A DNA stretch of 64,000 bases from a bacterium (GTDB taxonomy: Bacteria; Patescibacteriota; Andersenbacteria; UBA10190): positions 1,319 to 65,318 of the forward strand of contig JAUYKA010000017.1 in NCBI GenBank assembly GCA_030698495.1, read 5' to 3'. The notes below the pieces were generated by a model. The model did no database searches. It worked only from the letters and a program-made list of their open reading frames with translations, and was not told the origin of the DNA. This document shows, one piece after another, positions 16,670-25,355 of this stretch. Within the stretch, counting starts at the first letter, position 1. Every line of letters starts with the position of its first letter. A program made the translations under genes and the position numbers.

Positions 16670-17464
16670 CTACCAGGCCGTCAATCCTCCATCAACCACC
16701 AAATTATGTCCCGTCATACCGGACGACGCTTCGGATGCCAAAAACACCAACGGCGCGCCAATATCTTCCGGATCTACCATCCGTCCCAGTGGTACCCGCT
16801 CGGAATATTTCCGCGCAAACTCATCGTCATGCCCGTTAAACACACCTCCTAAAGTATATGAATTGGCACGAATACCTCGTGCACCATAAGTCGTCGCCAG
16901 CCACTTTGTCAGCATCAACACGCCACCCTTCGTAATCGCGTAATCAACCGGCTTCTGTGTCCCGGCCGGATAAATACGCTGGTCAGGACCAACCACGCCA
17001 TAAATAGAAGACACATTTATAATATTTCCACCCGATTGCTCCAGCATTTTTTTAGCAGCCGCTTGCGCGCACAAAACATACCCCAGCAAATTAACATCCA
17101 AACTCCCGCGCAGCATCTCCTCCGGATAATTCTCGAACAGCTTGTCGTTTGGCTGTGCTCCCGTTTCAAACTTGGCATCAATAGCCGCGTTATTCACCAG
17201 TACATCCAGCCGCCCCGTTTCTTTTGCCGCTTGCTGTACCGCCGCTTCAATAGATTTTTTATCAGTCACATCCATTAACAAACCACTGGCGCCCGCGCCT
17301 ATCTCCCCGGCCGCCGCCAGCGCCCTCTTTTCGTCAACGTCTCCTACCGCTACTCGCGCCCCGGCCGCCGCCAGCGCCCGTGCGAAATGCCGACCCAAAA
17401 AACCCGCTCCGCCGGTTATTAAAACCGTCTTTTCGCTCAAATCGAATTGTGTCGATTGTGTCAT
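16670..17464 (-). CDS. SDR family oxidoreductase
   Basis: TGGAGFLG, LVNNAA, SSIYG, YAITKGG, VDGG. Confidence 0.93.
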   Translation of the reverse strand: MTQSTQFDLSEKTVLITGGAGFLGRHFARALAAAGARVAVGDVDEKRALAAAGEIGAGASGLLMDVTDKKSIEAAVQQAAKETGRLDVLVNNAAIDAKFETGAQPNDKLFENYPEEMLRGSLDVNLLGYVLCAQAAAKKMLEQSGGNIINVSSIYGVVGPDQRIYPAGTQKPVDYAITKGGVLMLTKWLATTYGARGIRANSYTLGGVFNGHDDEFARKYSERVPLGRMVDPEDIGAPLVFLASEASSGMTGHNLVVDGGLTAW

Positions 17465-17479
17465 ACTCCTCCTAAAAAA

Positions 17480-18145
17480 CTAACTGGCTGCAGCCGCCAC
17501 TAGAGCCGCCGCCTGCAACTCTTCCAGTGAATAAGCTCCTTCATATTTTACTCCATTTATATAAAAAGTTGGCGTGGCGTTTATGCCCAGCGCATTGCCA
17601 TCCGCCTTGTCCTTATCTACTATTGCCTTATAGGTTCGTTTATCCAACGATTCGTTAAATTGATTCATATCCAGCCCTATCGATCCGGCAAATTCGGCCA
17701 GCTTGGCTCGCGATAAATCCGTTTGATTTGCAAATAATAAATCATGATATTCCCAAAACTTTCCCTGCGCGGCCGCCGCCAGCGACGCCTCCGCCGCCAA
17801 CTGTGCGTCTTGGTGCTGGCTTAAAGGAAACTGACGATAAACTATCCGCACCGTATCCGGATTATTCTTGGCTAAATCATTCAAAGACTCACTAGCTTCC
17901 GCACACGCCGGACACTTAAAATCGCTAAACTCCACTATTGTAACCGGGGCATTTTCGGGCCCAACAGAGGGACTATCAACTGGCACCAGGTCGGCCGTAT
18001 CAATAACTGCCGGAGTGCCAGCACTATTTACATCTCCTCTGCTATTAACGCTGCCGCGTCCAGCCAGCCACGCCCCGCCGATGATAATCAGCAGTGTCGC
18101 CGCCAATACCCCGACCAGCGCCTTGGTTTCAGTTGACGTCTCCAT
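17480..18145 (-). CDS. DsbA family thioredoxin-fold protein
   Basis: EFSDFKCPAC; GINATPTFYING; N-terminal TM. Confidence 0.92.
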   Translation of the reverse strand: METSTETKALVGVLAATLLIIIGGAWLAGRGSVNSRGDVNSAGTPAVIDTADLVPVDSPSVGPENAPVTIVEFSDFKCPACAEASESLNDLAKNNPDTVRIVYRQFPLSQHQDAQLAAEASLAAAAQGKFWEYHDLLFANQTDLSRAKLAEFAGSIGLDMNQFNESLDKRTYKAIVDKDKADGNALGINATPTFYINGVKYEGAYSLEELQAAALVAAAAS

Positions 18146-18542
18146 GTTTTGGCATTTTAAACCACACTAAAATAAATGCAACTATCACCAATAAGGCGCT
18201 AACTACACACCACATACACCAGGCCTGAATTACAAAAGCCTCTAAATACGTCAGCCACACCGAATATATCAGCGCCAATCCGGTTAAAAACATTAACGGC
18301 GAACGCAATTGCTTCCGATTTTCATCCGTAGACAACAACGCCCCGACGGCTAGCACACAATAATATGCCATTCCATACAAAGGCACCGGCAATCCAAATA
18401 AATGCGAATATTTACTCAAACGCACCGCGTCGCATCCTCCTCCTTCAACGCATAAAACCGGCGCGTTACTGCTGTAAGCGATAAATAGATAACCGGATAC
18501 AAGCAATCCCGCAAACGCTACCGCGAATAAAGCCCGCCTCAT
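18129..18542 (-). CDS. Vitamin K epoxide reductase (VKOR) family protein
   Basis: C..GGGCDAVRLSKYS; WCMWC motif; adjacent to DsbA. Confidence 0.92.
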   Translation of the reverse strand: MRRALFAVAFAGLLVSGYLFIAYSSNAPVLCVEGGGCDAVRLSKYSHLFGLPVPLYGMAYYCVLAVGALLSTDENRKQLRSPLMFLTGLALIYSVWLTYLEAFVIQAWCMWCVVSALLVIVAFILVWFKMPKHGDVN

Positions 18543-18616
18543 AATTTCATTTGAAGGTTAATTATCATACTGTGACAATATTTAATAACATCACACAGCA
18601 CTTTATCGACATTACT

Positions 18617-18673
18617 TTTGAAAATTTGGTCATTGGAAATTCAATGAAAATTGAAAAATGAAAATTGAAAAAT
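18617..18673. repeat. TGAAAAT heptamer-array element
   Basis: tttgaaaatttggtcattggaaattcaatgaaaattgaaaaatgaaaattgaaaaat. Confidence 0.7.
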
Positions 18674-18737
18674 ATACACTATGCCTAACCCAATGATTTT
18701 ATTTAACCATAAATCAGACAATTCCAATTCAACTAAC

Positions 18738-19529
18738 CTACTTCTTTTTTGCCACCACCGCCATACCTGTCGAAGCAACCCATGGCGATATAGCATTGGA
18801 TATTTGTTTAACTATTACACCCAACCAATTCAACTTATATGGTTCGTGTCCACGCAAAAAAGGAAAATTAATGTATAACCCGAAATGACTGTCCTTATCC
18901 GGCAAATCATGCGCCATCGCTTCTTCCACTATAAACCCATTTTTCTCTAACAAAGCCGTAATCTCTCTCCGACTGAATAAATAATTGGCAAATGACGGCC
19001 TTTGTCCCGCCACACGTCGCACCACACGCTCCAAACTCTTAAGTGGTAGGTAAAAAATTCTTCGCAGTACATTTATCGCCGGCACCTCCAGAAAAAACAA
19101 ACCGCCCGTCTTTAGCACCCGCCCCACTTCCTGCACCGCCGCCTCCGCCTTGTCTTCCATATACTCCAAAGTACCCACCGCTAGAGCCCCATCCAAACTT
19201 GCATCCGGATAGGGGAGAGCCGTCATGCTGGCTACCTTCACTTTCAAATCCGGATTATACTCTGTCAGCGCCCTGATTGTCCGGGCGGCAATATCCACCC
19301 CTTCAACTTCATACCCCTGCTCCGTCAAATAAATAATCCAGCCACCAATACCGCAGCCGATATCGAGGTAATGTTTACCCTTCTCCAGGTTTTTCTCTAA
19401 CAGCGGCCAGAAATCCTGTTTGGCAAACTGGTCACTGCTATTGCCGGCAATATGCTCCTGCGCAAACCTGTCCTCTCTTAAAACGCCTCTATCAAAACCC
19501 GCCGGATAATATTTTTCTAATCGATACAT
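18738..19529 (-). CDS. Class I SAM-dependent methyltransferase
   Basis: LDIGCGIG; LPYPDASLD; RVLKTGG. Confidence 0.9.
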   Translation of the reverse strand: MYRLEKYYPAGFDRGVLREDRFAQEHIAGNSSDQFAKQDFWPLLEKNLEKGKHYLDIGCGIGGWIIYLTEQGYEVEGVDIAARTIRALTEYNPDLKVKVASMTALPYPDASLDGALAVGTLEYMEDKAEAAVQEVGRVLKTGGLFFLEVPAINVLRRIFYLPLKSLERVVRRVAGQRPSFANYLFSRREITALLEKNGFIVEEAMAHDLPDKDSHFGLYINFPFLRGHEPYKLNWLGVIVKQISNAISPWVASTGMAVVAKKK

Positions 19530-19535
19530 AACACA

Positions 19536-19658
19536 AGCTTAAAACGCAAAACGAAAAACGCAAAACGATAATCTAAAACGCAAAAGACTAACTTGCGCTG
19601 TTTTAACTTTTTTCCTGTTGTTTTGCATTTTTAGTTTTTAGTTCTTAGTTCTTAAACC
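19536..19658. repeat. Inverted AAAACGC heptamer array
   Basis: aagcttaaaacgcaaaacgaaaaacgcaaaac...gttttgcatttttagtttttagttcttagttctta. Confidence 0.65.
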
Positions 19659-21548
19659 TTATCTTAGATAAGGTTTAAGATGTTCCAGCGCCTGCAAAAA
19701 ACCGCGCCCCCCGTGCAAATGCCCCTGCCAAATTTCCGGTACAAACGTGTGCTCATAACCCGCCAGCGGTGTCAATACATTACCCCAGTCTATCGTTCCC
19801 TTACCGATCTGCAACCCCTCCTCGCCGATCCCCGATCCGTCCGAAATATGTAAGTGTCGGATATATGGCCGCAATATCTTTACCTGTTCAATCAAGTCTC
19901 CGCCTGCCGCGTTGCAAGCTAGTGCCGCGTGGGAAGTATCAAAACACATTTTATAACCCGTCTTATCCAGAAAATTTTTAATCTCTTCCGCCAATAGAAA
20001 AATGTTCGTCACCCATTCCCCGCCGAACACCCACGGCCGCGGCGGCAAATTCTCCGGCAGGATTTCCACCCCATCCGTCTTTAACCGCGATAACGTATCG
20101 GTAAATATTTCCAACAGCTTACCCGGTTCCTCGTGCGGCTGCAGTGTAATGCCCCCCGGATGAATAACTAGCTTCGGCGTTCCGGTAAATCTATCCGCCA
20201 GCCGCCGGGCGACATCCACACTTCGCTGCAGCGTATCCAAAGCAATTTTTCTCTCCACCGCATCTTCGGCCGCCGGATTCAAATATGTCCGATGCATATA
20301 TTCGGGCGCATGCACAATCACTTCCTGCGCAAACTTCCCCGCCGGCAAATCTTCGTCTAAATCTTTATCGCTTAAATGAAATTCAAACAGACGCGGTTCA
20401 TATTTCAGATACTCGGCAAAATCATGCCAGCGTACTACCACGCCCCACTTCCAAAGAATACCCGCACCATTAAACTGCTCCACCTGCGCCGCACTGGCCA
20501 GATCATCCTCGGTAAAAAATTCACCGGCAAAAACATCTCGCTGCGCTTTTGTGCCAATCAATTCTGTCATCCGCTGCGGCGATAGCCCCTTAGCCGGACT
20601 CTTTGCCGTCAGCATATCGCGGGCAATCTCCGTCCCGTCGGCAATAAACTTCGCCGCCACCACACTCTTCCCCAAAAGCTCGCGATTCATGACTTCCGCT
20701 CGCGACAACTTCTTAATCGGCTGGCCTACCGCTTTTTCCACCTCGCGCATACCGTCCACCATTCTCTTGAACTCGTCCGGCAACAGACTGGCCTTATGAT
20801 CCGGTCCCTCTAAACTTTTATCCACCGTCAGGTGCCGCTCAATAATGCAAGCGCCCCGCGCCACCGCCGCAATTGATACCGCGACACCCCGTTCGTGCCC
20901 GGAATATCCTACCGGCACTCCGTATGCCTGAAGTTTCTCCATAAACCGCAAATTAATCTCGTCAAACGGCGCCGGATAAGTGTTGTTACAATGAAGGAGA
21001 GCAAAAGATGCACCCTGTTCCCGCAACAAATTAACCGCGTGGTCAATCTCTGCCGCCTCACTCATACCGGTAGACAAAATCATCGGTTTTTTGAAACTTA
21101 CCAATTGCGTCAACAACTCGTCATTAGTCAAATCCGGCGAGCCCACTTTATACAAAGGCACATGCAAACTGTTTTCTATACTCCGCGCGCTATCCTTATC
21201 CCAAGGATTAACTAAAAATATAATTCCCTTCTCACCGGCGTAACTTTCCAACTCAATAAAATTTTCTTCGCTCAACTCAAACTCCTTGAGCATCGGCAAA
21301 TAAACCTGATACCTCTGCTCCGCCAAATTAGGATTAGCTAAGATTTTCTGCTGATATATTTCCGCCAGATTGCGCTTCTGAAACTTAACCGCATCCGCCC
21401 CCGCCGCCCCCGCCGCGTCAATCAGTTCTCTTGCCCGCGCCACACTGCCGTTATGATTTATTCCCGCTTCGGCAATCACAAAAACCGGCTCTCCCGGCCC
21501 GATCTTCCTCTCCCCCACCACCAAAGGTTTTATTTCGCTATTACTCAT
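19659..21548 (-). CDS. NeuB-family nonulosonate synthase with SAF domain fused to a C-terminal xylose-isomerase/AP-endonuclease-like TIM barrel
   Basis: VIAEAGINHNG, AVKFQKR, LLHCNNTYPAP, GYSGHE, IERH.T..GPDHKASL; C-terminal HAPE, PENLPP, DTSH, HLHISD, PEIWQGH. Confidence 0.9.
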   Translation of the reverse strand: MSNSEIKPLVVGERKIGPGEPVFVIAEAGINHNGSVARARELIDAAGAAGADAVKFQKRNLAEIYQQKILANPNLAEQRYQVYLPMLKEFELSEENFIELESYAGEKGIIFLVNPWDKDSARSIENSLHVPLYKVGSPDLTNDELLTQLVSFKKPMILSTGMSEAAEIDHAVNLLREQGASFALLHCNNTYPAPFDEINLRFMEKLQAYGVPVGYSGHERGVAVSIAAVARGACIIERHLTVDKSLEGPDHKASLLPDEFKRMVDGMREVEKAVGQPIKKLSRAEVMNRELLGKSVVAAKFIADGTEIARDMLTAKSPAKGLSPQRMTELIGTKAQRDVFAGEFFTEDDLASAAQVEQFNGAGILWKWGVVVRWHDFAEYLKYEPRLFEFHLSDKDLDEDLPAGKFAQEVIVHAPEYMHRTYLNPAAEDAVERKIALDTLQRSVDVARRLADRFTGTPKLVIHPGGITLQPHEEPGKLLEIFTDTLSRLKTDGVEILPENLPPRPWVFGGEWVTNIFLLAEEIKNFLDKTGYKMCFDTSHAALACNAAGGDLIEQVKILRPYIRHLHISDGSGIGEEGLQIGKGTIDWGNVLTPLAGYEHTFVPEIWQGHLHGGRGFLQALEHLKPYLR

Positions 21549-21680
21549 ACATTATTAAAACTCAACCTTTAAGGTTTTATTAGTCTTCCACAACTAAATT
21601 AAAACCCCACCCCCCTCTTGTATAATAACACCGTTTTCATGTCCAGTAGGTTATAATAAAAGTAGTTTTACCCCACCACT

Positions 21681-21794
21681 ATGATCAACATTGTCTCCCA
21701 TCTTATCCTAATCGGCGCCTTCTTCGGCCTTGGCCTGGTACTCGGTTTCTTCCTCGGTTTTTCCCTTATTATGTCCAGTAAACGAAAATTATGA
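21681..21794 (+). CDS. Small membrane peptide (37 aa)
   Basis: MINIVSHLILIGAFFGLGLVLGFFLGFSLIMSSKRKL; stop overlaps the next ATG (ATGA). Confidence 0.5.
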   Translation: MINIVSHLILIGAFFGLGLVLGFFLGFSLIMSSKRKL

Positions 21795-22012
21795 ACCTTG
21801 AAGTAATTGCCACTATCCTGCGATCACTCGCCTTTGTTGTCCTGTATTTCTTTATTAGTTTCGGTCCCGGCTTTATCGTTGGCATGCTTCTAGCCAACGC
21901 CATCTTTGGTCGCGGTAAACCGACCATTATGCAAGTCTACATTGACCGCAAGAAAGATGCCGCGCAGCACAACGCTCAATGGAACCCCTCGCACCCCCGC
22001 TGGCGCGAGTGA
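21791..22012 (+). CDS. Small membrane protein
   Basis: Hydrophobic N-terminal half; translationally coupled to the upstream peptide. Confidence 0.6.
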   Translation: MNLEVIATILRSLAFVVLYFFISFGPGFIVGMLLANAIFGRGKPTIMQVYIDRKKDAAQHNAQWNPSHPRWRE

Positions 22013-22014
22013 TT

Positions 22015-22145
22015 AGTGAATACAGTAAATACAGTAAATTAAGTAAATACAGTTACTGTATTTACTGTCCTCGCCTTGCCCGCCGTAGCCTTGTGCGAAG
22101 GCTGGGCTGTATTCACTGTATTCACTTAATTTACTGTATTCACTA
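22015..22145. repeat. Inverted 9-mer array (AGTAAATAC/GTATTTACT) with an inserted GCCCGCCG..GAAGGCTGGG hairpin
   Basis: Left arm agtgaatac-agtaaatac-agtaaatta-agtaaatac; right arm actgtattt...actgtattc-acttaattt-actgtattc, interrupted by cttgcccgccgtagccttgtgcgaaggctggg. Confidence 0.75.
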
Positions 22146-22147
22146 GG

Positions 22148-23548
22148 TCAGGCTTCCCAGCTCTCCCCCTCCATCGGATACCTGACTTGCCATTCCGGAT
22201 GCTTCCTTTCCAGCTCGCGCTTAAATTCCTCTGCCTGCTCCGCTTCTCCGTGAACCAAGAACACACGCTTTACCCCTTTAAACCGTCCCAGATATTCTTT
22301 TAATTCTTGATGATCCGGGTGCGCTGAAAACTCATTAAAAACCTCAACTTCCGCTTTCACCGGAAATAAATCCCCTAGCAACTCTACTTTCTTAACCCCC
22401 TCCAATAACTGCCGGCCCATCGTCCCCTGTGCCTGGTATCCCGTAATTAATACCGCGTTTCTGGGATCGCTGATGCTATGCCGCAAATGATGCACCACCC
22501 GCCCGGAGCTCATCATCCCCGATGCGGAAATAACAACGTATGGACCAGGTTTAACATTCAGAGACTTTGATTCCTCAATATCCCGCACATACGTCAGATT
22601 GCGAAAAGTCAGCGGCCTCACCGCGTGCGAAAAATCCACCACCGTCTCTTTGTCATAGTCATCTTTGTGCTCTTTAAACACATCCGTTACTTCCACTGCC
22701 AAGGGCGAGTCCACAAAAATCGGCACCCGCGGAATCTTCTTCTCGTCGGTCAGCTTGTGTAAAATGTACACGATCATTTGCGTCCGTCCCAACGAAAAGG
22801 CCGGCACAATTATTTTGCCGCCGCGATCAACTACCTTATTTATTACCTGTGCCATCCGCTCTATCGCCTGTTCCAGCGGTTCGTGATCGCGCCCGCCATA
22901 CGTGCTCTCCGTTAAAACCGTCTCTACTTCTTCTTCCGGCACTTCCGGATCATAGAGCAACGGCACGTTTTTCGCTCCCACATCGCCGGTATAAACCAGT
23001 CGTTTTTTACCCCCGCCATTATCCACTTCCAGCATCGTAATAGCCGAACCTAAAATATGGCCGGCATCATAAAATTTCAGCCGCCATCCTGGCCACAACT
23101 CATGCCAACTTGCATCATGGCGCGCGTAAGGGATTTCCTCGAAACGCTCCATTACCGGCTCCACATCTGCCGGCGTATAAAGCGGTACCCGATCATCCGG
23201 CGCGCCAATCTTATGCTTAGCCCGATATATCGCGTCCTGCACTTCGATTCCCGCCACATCTTTCATCATATGATAAGCCACGTCTCTCGTTGCCGGCGTC
23301 GCGTATATTTTCCCGGCAAATCCTCGCTTCACCAATATCGGCAGCATCCCGCAATGATCCACGTGCGCATGCGACAATACCACGCCGTCAATCGAATCCG
23401 GCTCAAACGGCAGCGCCCGATTGCGCTCACGCACATCCTGCAACCCTTGAAACAAACCACAATCCAGAAGTAGCCGCTTGCCCTGCGCTTCTACCAAATG
23501 TTTACTGCCGGTTACACCGCCAGCCCCGCCATAAAATGTGATAATCAT
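22148..23548 (-). CDS. MBL-fold beta-CASP ribonuclease (YSH1-like)
   Basis: VTGSKH, LSHAHVDHCG, AGHILGS, ESTYG, FSLGRTQ, FSAHPD, VHGE. Confidence 0.93.
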   Translation of the reverse strand: MIITFYGGAGGVTGSKHLVEAQGKRLLLDCGLFQGLQDVRERNRALPFEPDSIDGVVLSHAHVDHCGMLPILVKRGFAGKIYATPATRDVAYHMMKDVAGIEVQDAIYRAKHKIGAPDDRVPLYTPADVEPVMERFEEIPYARHDASWHELWPGWRLKFYDAGHILGSAITMLEVDNGGGKKRLVYTGDVGAKNVPLLYDPEVPEEEVETVLTESTYGGRDHEPLEQAIERMAQVINKVVDRGGKIIVPAFSLGRTQMIVYILHKLTDEKKIPRVPIFVDSPLAVEVTDVFKEHKDDYDKETVVDFSHAVRPLTFRNLTYVRDIEESKSLNVKPGPYVVISASGMMSSGRVVHHLRHSISDPRNAVLITGYQAQGTMGRQLLEGVKKVELLGDLFPVKAEVEVFNEFSAHPDHQELKEYLGRFKGVKRVFLVHGEAEQAEEFKRELERKHPEWQVRYPMEGESWEA

Positions 23549-23621
23549 GTTTACCTATGATACTAAAGAATGCTTCAATAAAAAAGCGATGCCCTAAACA
23601 ATCGTTCACTTATGAATACAA

Positions 23622-23703
23622 AGTAGTAAGTAGTATGTAGTTAATAGCAAGGACGCACGGTACTGTACCCCTTGCTACTAACTGCTTACTACTTGCTACT
23701 TAC
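23622..23703. repeat. Inverted AGTAGTA/TACTTGC heptamer array overlapping the cupredoxin stop
   Basis: agtagtaagtagtatgtagttaatagcaagg...ccttgctactaactgcttactacttgctact; sister element at 24310-24393. Confidence 0.65.
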
Positions 23704-24234
23704 CACTATTTCCCCCGTCAGAGTCGGATTCAAATGATCATGAAATCCCCAGCTACCAACCTTATCAAAAACAAACGAATACTCTTCACCTGTCTGCAAA
23801 CCATGCTTGGCGTCAAATCCCGGTAAATCGGTATGCACGGGATGAGGATCCGATGCCGGCCAATGCGCTGCCTGGCCATTATTAACAAATGTTACTTTCG
23901 TCCCCGCCGCCACTGTTACCGTCGCCGGCGTAAATCCGGTATCGCCAATATCGACCGTCACCTCTTCCGCCACCGCCCCGTTTTCACCCATCACTTCGCC
24001 ATTACCCTCATCAGCTACCGTGCCCCCATCCATCATCTCCCCTATACCTTGATCGTCAACCGGCAACTGTGACGGTTCACGCAACAGTACCTGGCCATCA
24101 CCGTTATTTATCTCCCGCATAACCGAACCAATCTCATCAGACGACATGTCAACGCTTCGCCCCTTTTGCCAATACCACGCCCCAGCTACTACTATCAACA
24201 CAATTAAACCAACTAACCACAAAGATTTTTTCAT
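23689..24234 (-). CDS. Cupredoxin (plastocyanin-like) domain protein, membrane-anchored
   Basis: FTPATVTV..GTKVTFVN; HWPASDPHPVH; GSWGFHDHL. Start at MKKSLW. Confidence 0.85.
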   Translation of the reverse strand: MKKSLWLVGLIVLIVVAGAWYWQKGRSVDMSSDEIGSVMREINNGDGQVLLREPSQLPVDDQGIGEMMDGGTVADEGNGEVMGENGAVAEEVTVDIGDTGFTPATVTVAAGTKVTFVNNGQAAHWPASDPHPVHTDLPGFDAKHGLQTGEEYSFVFDKVGSWGFHDHLNPTLTGEIVVSSK

Positions 24235-24309
24235 AAATAACTTATTATGGATCATTTTCTTTAGTCTGTCCGGATATTTATCAATACGCAAGATCATCTT
24301 CAAACAACA

Positions 24310-24393
24310 AAGCAGCAAGTAGTATGTAGCTAGAAGCAAGCACTCACCCACGCCGCTCTCTTGCTACTTACTACTTGCTACTTTGTTTCTACT
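24310..24393. repeat. Inverted AGTAGCA/TACTTGC heptamer array
   Basis: agcagcaagtagtatgtagctagaagcaag...cttgctacttactacttgctactttgtttctact. Confidence 0.65.
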
Positions 24394-24435
24394 GTGAAAT
24401 TGCACAATATACATCCGCGCTCAATATGCGCCAAC

Positions 24436-25206
24436 CTATTTCCCCAACACCCCGTCAATCATCGCCTTAACCGAAACCACCGGCAGCGCGCCGTTAATCG
24501 GAGTTTTAGTGCCATCAGACGCAATTAAGATAGAATAAGGCGTGCCCCGCAAACCGGCTGCTTGCGCATCCACCAAATCATCCGCCACTTTCTGCTTATA
24601 TTTATCAGAACTCAAACAGGAGTTAAACTGTGTCAAATTAGCCACCTTCACTTGCTGCGCAATTTCTGGCAACTTTGATTCATCCAGACCATTATTGGAA
24701 GGCGTCACCTCGTAAATCTTATCCACATACTCCCAGAACTTTCCCTGTTCCGCCGCACACTCCACCGCCACCGCTTCATGCGGCGCTTTAGGATGCAGCT
24801 GCTCTAACGGAGCATGCCGATACACCCAGCGCACATCGTTAGGATAATCAGTCATTACCTGTTGCATTGTCTCTTGAAAATCCTTACAAAACGGACACTC
24901 TGTATCGGAGTATTCCAAAATTGTTATTTTCGCGTCAGCTGATCCTCTAATATGATCGTCCGCCGTGACTGGTCGGAAATCTCCTACCGGCGGTTCTGTT
25001 GGCACCGCCGCGTCCGGCACTGCTCCCGCCGCGTCATCGGCTCCACCCGGTACATTAGCTGGCTGCGTCACCGACGCTCTGCCGCCGCCGAAATAAATCG
25101 CCAGCGCCACCAACCCGCCGGCCAACACAATCGCCGCCGGTACACCGATATTACTGGCTTTCTTTTGCCCCGATCCGCTTGGGGTCTTGATACCTTCATC
25201 AGACAT
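24436..25206 (-). CDS. DsbA family protein
   Basis: EYSDTECPFC; GTPYS; N-terminal TM. Confidence 0.92.
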   Translation of the reverse strand: MSDEGIKTPSGSGQKKASNIGVPAAIVLAGGLVALAIYFGGGRASVTQPANVPGGADDAAGAVPDAAVPTEPPVGDFRPVTADDHIRGSADAKITILEYSDTECPFCKDFQETMQQVMTDYPNDVRWVYRHAPLEQLHPKAPHEAVAVECAAEQGKFWEYVDKIYEVTPSNNGLDESKLPEIAQQVKVANLTQFNSCLSSDKYKQKVADDLVDAQAAGLRGTPYSILIASDGTKTPINGALPVVSVKAMIDGVLGK

Positions 25207-25281
25207 ATTTAAAAAAATTACTAATAAAATTTAAGGACAAACAACCTTATCAGCCTGTCTGATTTAACTCATCTTGTCTAC

Positions 25282-25311
25282 TTGACATGACAACCAATAT
25301 AGTGCTATAAT
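25282..25311 (+). promoter_or_regulatory. Consensus sigma70 promoter pointing antisense into the helicase 3' end
   Basis: TTGACA-18 nt-TATAAT with extended -10 TGn. Confidence 0.5.
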
Positions 25312-25355
25312 TAAAGCTTAGTGTCTGTTAGCCCCCAAATACAAAATACAAGCTG

